Positions 61,551 to 64,000 of a stretch of DNA of 64,000 nt are shown one piece after another. This stretch comes from an uncultured Gammaproteobacteria bacterium (GTDB taxonomy: Bacteria; Patescibacteriota; Microgenomatia; Daviesbacterales; UBA10151). The translations under genes were made by a program, and so were the position numbers. The DNA lies in the NCBI GenBank assembly GCA_964390595.1, contig CAYMIA010000004.1, positions 4,023 to 68,022 of the forward strand, given 5' to 3'. The notes under the pieces were generated by a model. That model was not told the origin of the DNA. It saw only the letters and a list, made by a program, of their open reading frames with translations, and did not search any database. The first letter of the stretch is position 1. The number at the start of each line of letters is the position of its first letter.

Positions 61551-62615
61551 ATGAAAGTGGCTTTAGTTCATGATGACTTGATGCAATGGGGTGGAGCGGA
61601 AAGAACGTTGCTGGCTATCTCTGAGGTTTTTCCAGAAGCACCAATTTATACCTCGATTTATGACTCTAAGAACCGGTTAATTAAGAAAAAATTTGCTGAT
61701 AAAAAAATTATCACTTCTTTTGTTCAAAACTTACCAGCTTGGCGAAAGTTATACCGGGCTTACCTGCCGCTTTACCCGATCGCTTTTGAGCAATTTGATC
61801 TGTCAGACTATGATTTGGTGATCTCTCAAACAACCCGCTTTGCTAAATCGGTTATTACCAAACCAGAAACCAGACATGTTTGTTATTGTCATACTCCCCC
61901 TAGGTTTTTATGGAACTATTCCGGTGAAAAAACTGCCAGCTGGTTAAATCCAGTGCTTAGTTTGCTGCGGGTGGTTGACTTGGTTAGTAGTTTTAGAGTG
62001 GATCGCTGGTTTTCAGGATCTAGGAATGCAGCTAAGAGGATGAAAAAGGTCTACAGAGTAAATTCAGAAGTTTTATATCCATTTGTTGATCTGGACAGCT
62101 TTAAAGATGTCAAAACAGTTGAAGGAGACTACTACGTAGTTATTGCCAGATTGAATCCATATAAACGAATTGATTTAGCAGTTGAGGCGTTCAATCAGTC
62201 TGGGAAAAAATTAAAGATAATTGGGGTGGGACCAATGTTAAGCGTGTTAAAGCTAAAAGCTAAAAAAAATATTCAATTTCTCGGATCGCTTGAAGAGAAA
62301 GAATTAATTGCAGTTTTAGCTGGAAGCAGGGGGCTCTTGGTTTGTGGTGAAGAGGACTTTGGACTGACCCCCCTTGAGGCACAGGCTTTGGGAAAAGGGG
62401 TGATTGCTTATGGGAAAGGTGGAGTGAGGGAAACAGTGGTAGAGGATAAAACGGGAGTTTTTTTTGATTCTCAAGACAGTAAATCTTTAAACGGCGCGAT
62501 TGATAGGTTTGAGAAACTTCGGATTGATCCAAAAAAATGCCTGGAAAATGCGGCTTTGTTTTCTAAAGAAAAATTTCAGAACAGACTGCTTGAATTACTA
62601 GATCAAACACAGTAA
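61551..62615 (+). CDS. family 4 glycosyltransferase
   Basis: MKVALVHDDLMQWGGAERTL is a GT4 N-terminal signature. CGEEDFGLTPLEAQALGKGVIAYGKGGVRETV is the EX7E-like region. Confidence 0.75.
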   Translation: MKVALVHDDLMQWGGAERTLLAISEVFPEAPIYTSIYDSKNRLIKKKFADKKIITSFVQNLPAWRKLYRAYLPLYPIAFEQFDLSDYDLVISQTTRFAKSVITKPETRHVCYCHTPPRFLWNYSGEKTASWLNPVLSLLRVVDLVSSFRVDRWFSGSRNAAKRMKKVYRVNSEVLYPFVDLDSFKDVKTVEGDYYVVIARLNPYKRIDLAVEAFNQSGKKLKIIGVGPMLSVLKLKAKKNIQFLGSLEEKELIAVLAGSRGLLVCGEEDFGLTPLEAQALGKGVIAYGKGGVRETVVEDKTGVFFDSQDSKSLNGAIDRFEKLRIDPKKCLENAALFSKEKFQNRLLELLDQTQ

Positions 62616-62625
62616 CCTATTTATT

Positions 62626-63261
62626 ATGCTTTATGATGGTTTGAAAAGATTGATTGATATAGCATGTAGTTTGATTGGAATAATTATTCTTTCTCCGGTG
62701 ATGATTGGGATCGCGATTGCGATAAAATTGAACTCGAAAGGGCCGGTGTTTGCTGATACTCCGAAGCGGGTTGGTAAAAACGGTAAGCTTTTTAATATGT
62801 TTAAGTTCCGCTCAATGGTGGTTGGTGCGTGGGATGTGTTGCAGCAAAATCCAGAATTGTTAAAAAAATACAAGCAAAATAGCTATAAGCTGGATATTCA
62901 TGAAGATCCGAGAATTACCAAGGTAGGAAGATTTATCCGCAAAACCTCAATTGATGAGCTACCTCAGCTGTTTAATATTTTTAGGGGAGAGATGAGTATT
63001 GTTGGGCCCCGGGCGTATTATCCTTTTGAACTGGAAGAGCAGCAAAAAAAGTTTATTAACTCCAAAGAGTTTGTTAGAATCATCTTATCCTCAAAGCCTG
63101 GGTTAACAGGAGTTTGGCAGGTTTCTGGGAGATCAGAGATTAACTTCGACAAAAGAGTGGAGATGGATGCTCAATATGTTCAAAGAAGATCGATAGTTTA
63201 TGATATTTGGATTATTTTAAAGACGGTACCAGCTGTTTTGCTTGGACGTGGGGCTGTCTGA
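62626..63261 (+). CDS. small monotopic phosphoglycosyl transferase (PglC/WbaP-C-terminal-like bacterial sugar transferase; polyprenyl-phosphate hexose-1-phosphate transferase)
   Basis: At 211 aa with a single N-terminal re-entrant helix (LIGIIILSPVMIGIAIAI). KGPVFADTPKRVGKNGKLFNMFKFRSM, DELPQL and MSIVGPR match the Bac_transf signature. Confidence 0.8.
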   Translation: MLYDGLKRLIDIACSLIGIIILSPVMIGIAIAIKLNSKGPVFADTPKRVGKNGKLFNMFKFRSMVVGAWDVLQQNPELLKKYKQNSYKLDIHEDPRITKVGRFIRKTSIDELPQLFNIFRGEMSIVGPRAYYPFELEEQQKKFINSKEFVRIILSSKPGLTGVWQVSGRSEINFDKRVEMDAQYVQRRSIVYDIWIILKTVPAVLLGRGAV

Positions 63262-63275
63262 TATACTTACTTAAT

Positions 63276-64000
63276 ATGTCTTTTGTTAATTTAAACCGCC
63301 GCCTAGATAATTCAAGACCGATTAGCCGTCCGCCTAGGAAAAGGAGTTACAAAAAGTTGCTTATCCGATTAGGAGTAATTATTTTAATCTTGATTGTGGT
63401 TATTTATTTACCTCTTCGCGGAGTCTATTCCTCAGTTAAAAAGATCATGGCGGATGGCCGTAGTGCTTCAGATGGGTTTAAGAATGCCAACTTAGATGTG
63501 ATTAGGTCAAATATTAAAGATATGAAATCTCAGGCGGGAAGTTTGAATACCTCGCTTAATTTTCTAATTTGGGTTCAATTTGTGCCTTATTTTGGCGGAT
63601 TCTATGCGGATATGAGGCATTTTGCCAGAGCAGCGGAGTCGGAATTGACAGCTGGTGAAATTATTGCTGATTCGCTTGACCCTTTTAAAAATGAATTGGG
63701 GTTTACCGGTCAGCCGACTCCTGGAACTGATAAAGTGGCCCAAATTACTAAAGTTTTAGATAAAGTTATTCCGAACCTGGATAAAATTGAGCCGGAACTG
63801 CATCAGGCTTCCGCGGAGGTTGCATCGATTGATGTGAACAAATATCCAGAGAAGTGGGGAAACCGGAATATCCGTTCTTTAATTGACACTGCTAAGAACT
63901 TCATAATGGGAGCGTCCTATGCGGTAACTGATGCTAGGCCAGCTTTAGAGATCGCTCCAAGTGCGCTGGGACAGCCGAACGCCAAGACTTATTTGATCAT
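63276..64000 (+). CDS. 3'-partial membrane-anchored protein of unknown function (basic N-terminus + single TM + large extracytoplasmic domain)
   Basis: The ATG at 63276 begins MSFVNLNRRLDNSRPISRPPRKRSYKKLLIRLGVIILILIVVIYL. The reading frame stays open to the window end. Its position next to the initiating sugar transferase suggests a glycan-associated role. Confidence 0.4.
   Translation, partial: MSFVNLNRRLDNSRPISRPPRKRSYKKLLIRLGVIILILIVVIYLPLRGVYSSVKKIMADGRSASDGFKNANLDVIRSNIKDMKSQAGSLNTSLNFLIWVQFVPYFGGFYADMRHFARAAESELTAGEIIADSLDPFKNELGFTGQPTPGTDKVAQITKVLDKVIPNLDKIEPELHQASAEVASIDVNKYPEKWGNRNIRSLIDTAKNFIMGASYAVTDARPALEIAPSALGQPNAKTYLI

Overview
The whole 64 kb window is one very dense glycoconjugate-biosynthesis super-island, almost entirely protein-coding with no rRNA, tRNA, CRISPR or mobile-element genes. 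GC content is low (about 35%) and the proteins are rich in Lys, Ile, Phe and Asn. By inference this fits a Patescibacteria/CPR-type or other small-genome Gram-positive-like bacterium; that lineage call is not proven.

Over 50 consecutive genes cover the components of lipid-linked glycan assembly:
- about 15 family-2 (GT-A, DxD/DAD) glycosyltransferases
- about 11 family-4 (GT-B, E-x7-E) glycosyltransferases
- a tandem array of ArnT/PMT-like GT-C membrane glycosyltransferases (4 large paralogs plus one minimal PMT-like protein)
- a GT87/DUF2029-like membrane protein
- four to five very large (584-1100 aa) YfhO/AftD-like polytopic membrane proteins
- a GT2::membrane-domain fusion with a standalone paralog of its membrane half
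- a DPM1/GtrB-like polyprenyl-phosphate-sugar synthase
- two Wzx-type flippases, a Wzy/O-antigen-ligase-like protein and a PglC-like small phosphoglycosyltransferase
- GDP-L-fucose synthase, two extended-SDR epimerase/dehydratases and a UDP-GlcNAc-2-epimerase-like protein
- five SAM methyltransferases, one of them fused to a GT2
- three or four left-handed beta-helix (LbH) hexapeptide acetyltransferases and a GNAT

Genes are tightly packed, with many 1-8 nt start/stop overlaps. A 22-gene co-directional run occupies 241-23124 and a second long co-directional run 35543-64000.

A few genes do not fit the glycosylation theme. One is a compositionally atypical soluble helical protein (20017-21015). 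Two are membrane proteins of unknown function (42309-43859, 55433-56026). A 56-aa two-TM micro-ORF (44772-44942) was missed by the ORF track.

The most distinctive signal is the scale and internal paralogy of the GT-C/YfhO-like membrane glycosyltransferase repertoire together with a dedicated polyprenyl-P-sugar donor synthase. This points to an extensive extracytoplasmic glycosylation system, either protein O-glycosylation or cell-wall glycan decoration, not to classical LPS.

All functional calls are by motif-level similarity read from the translations. No database search was run.
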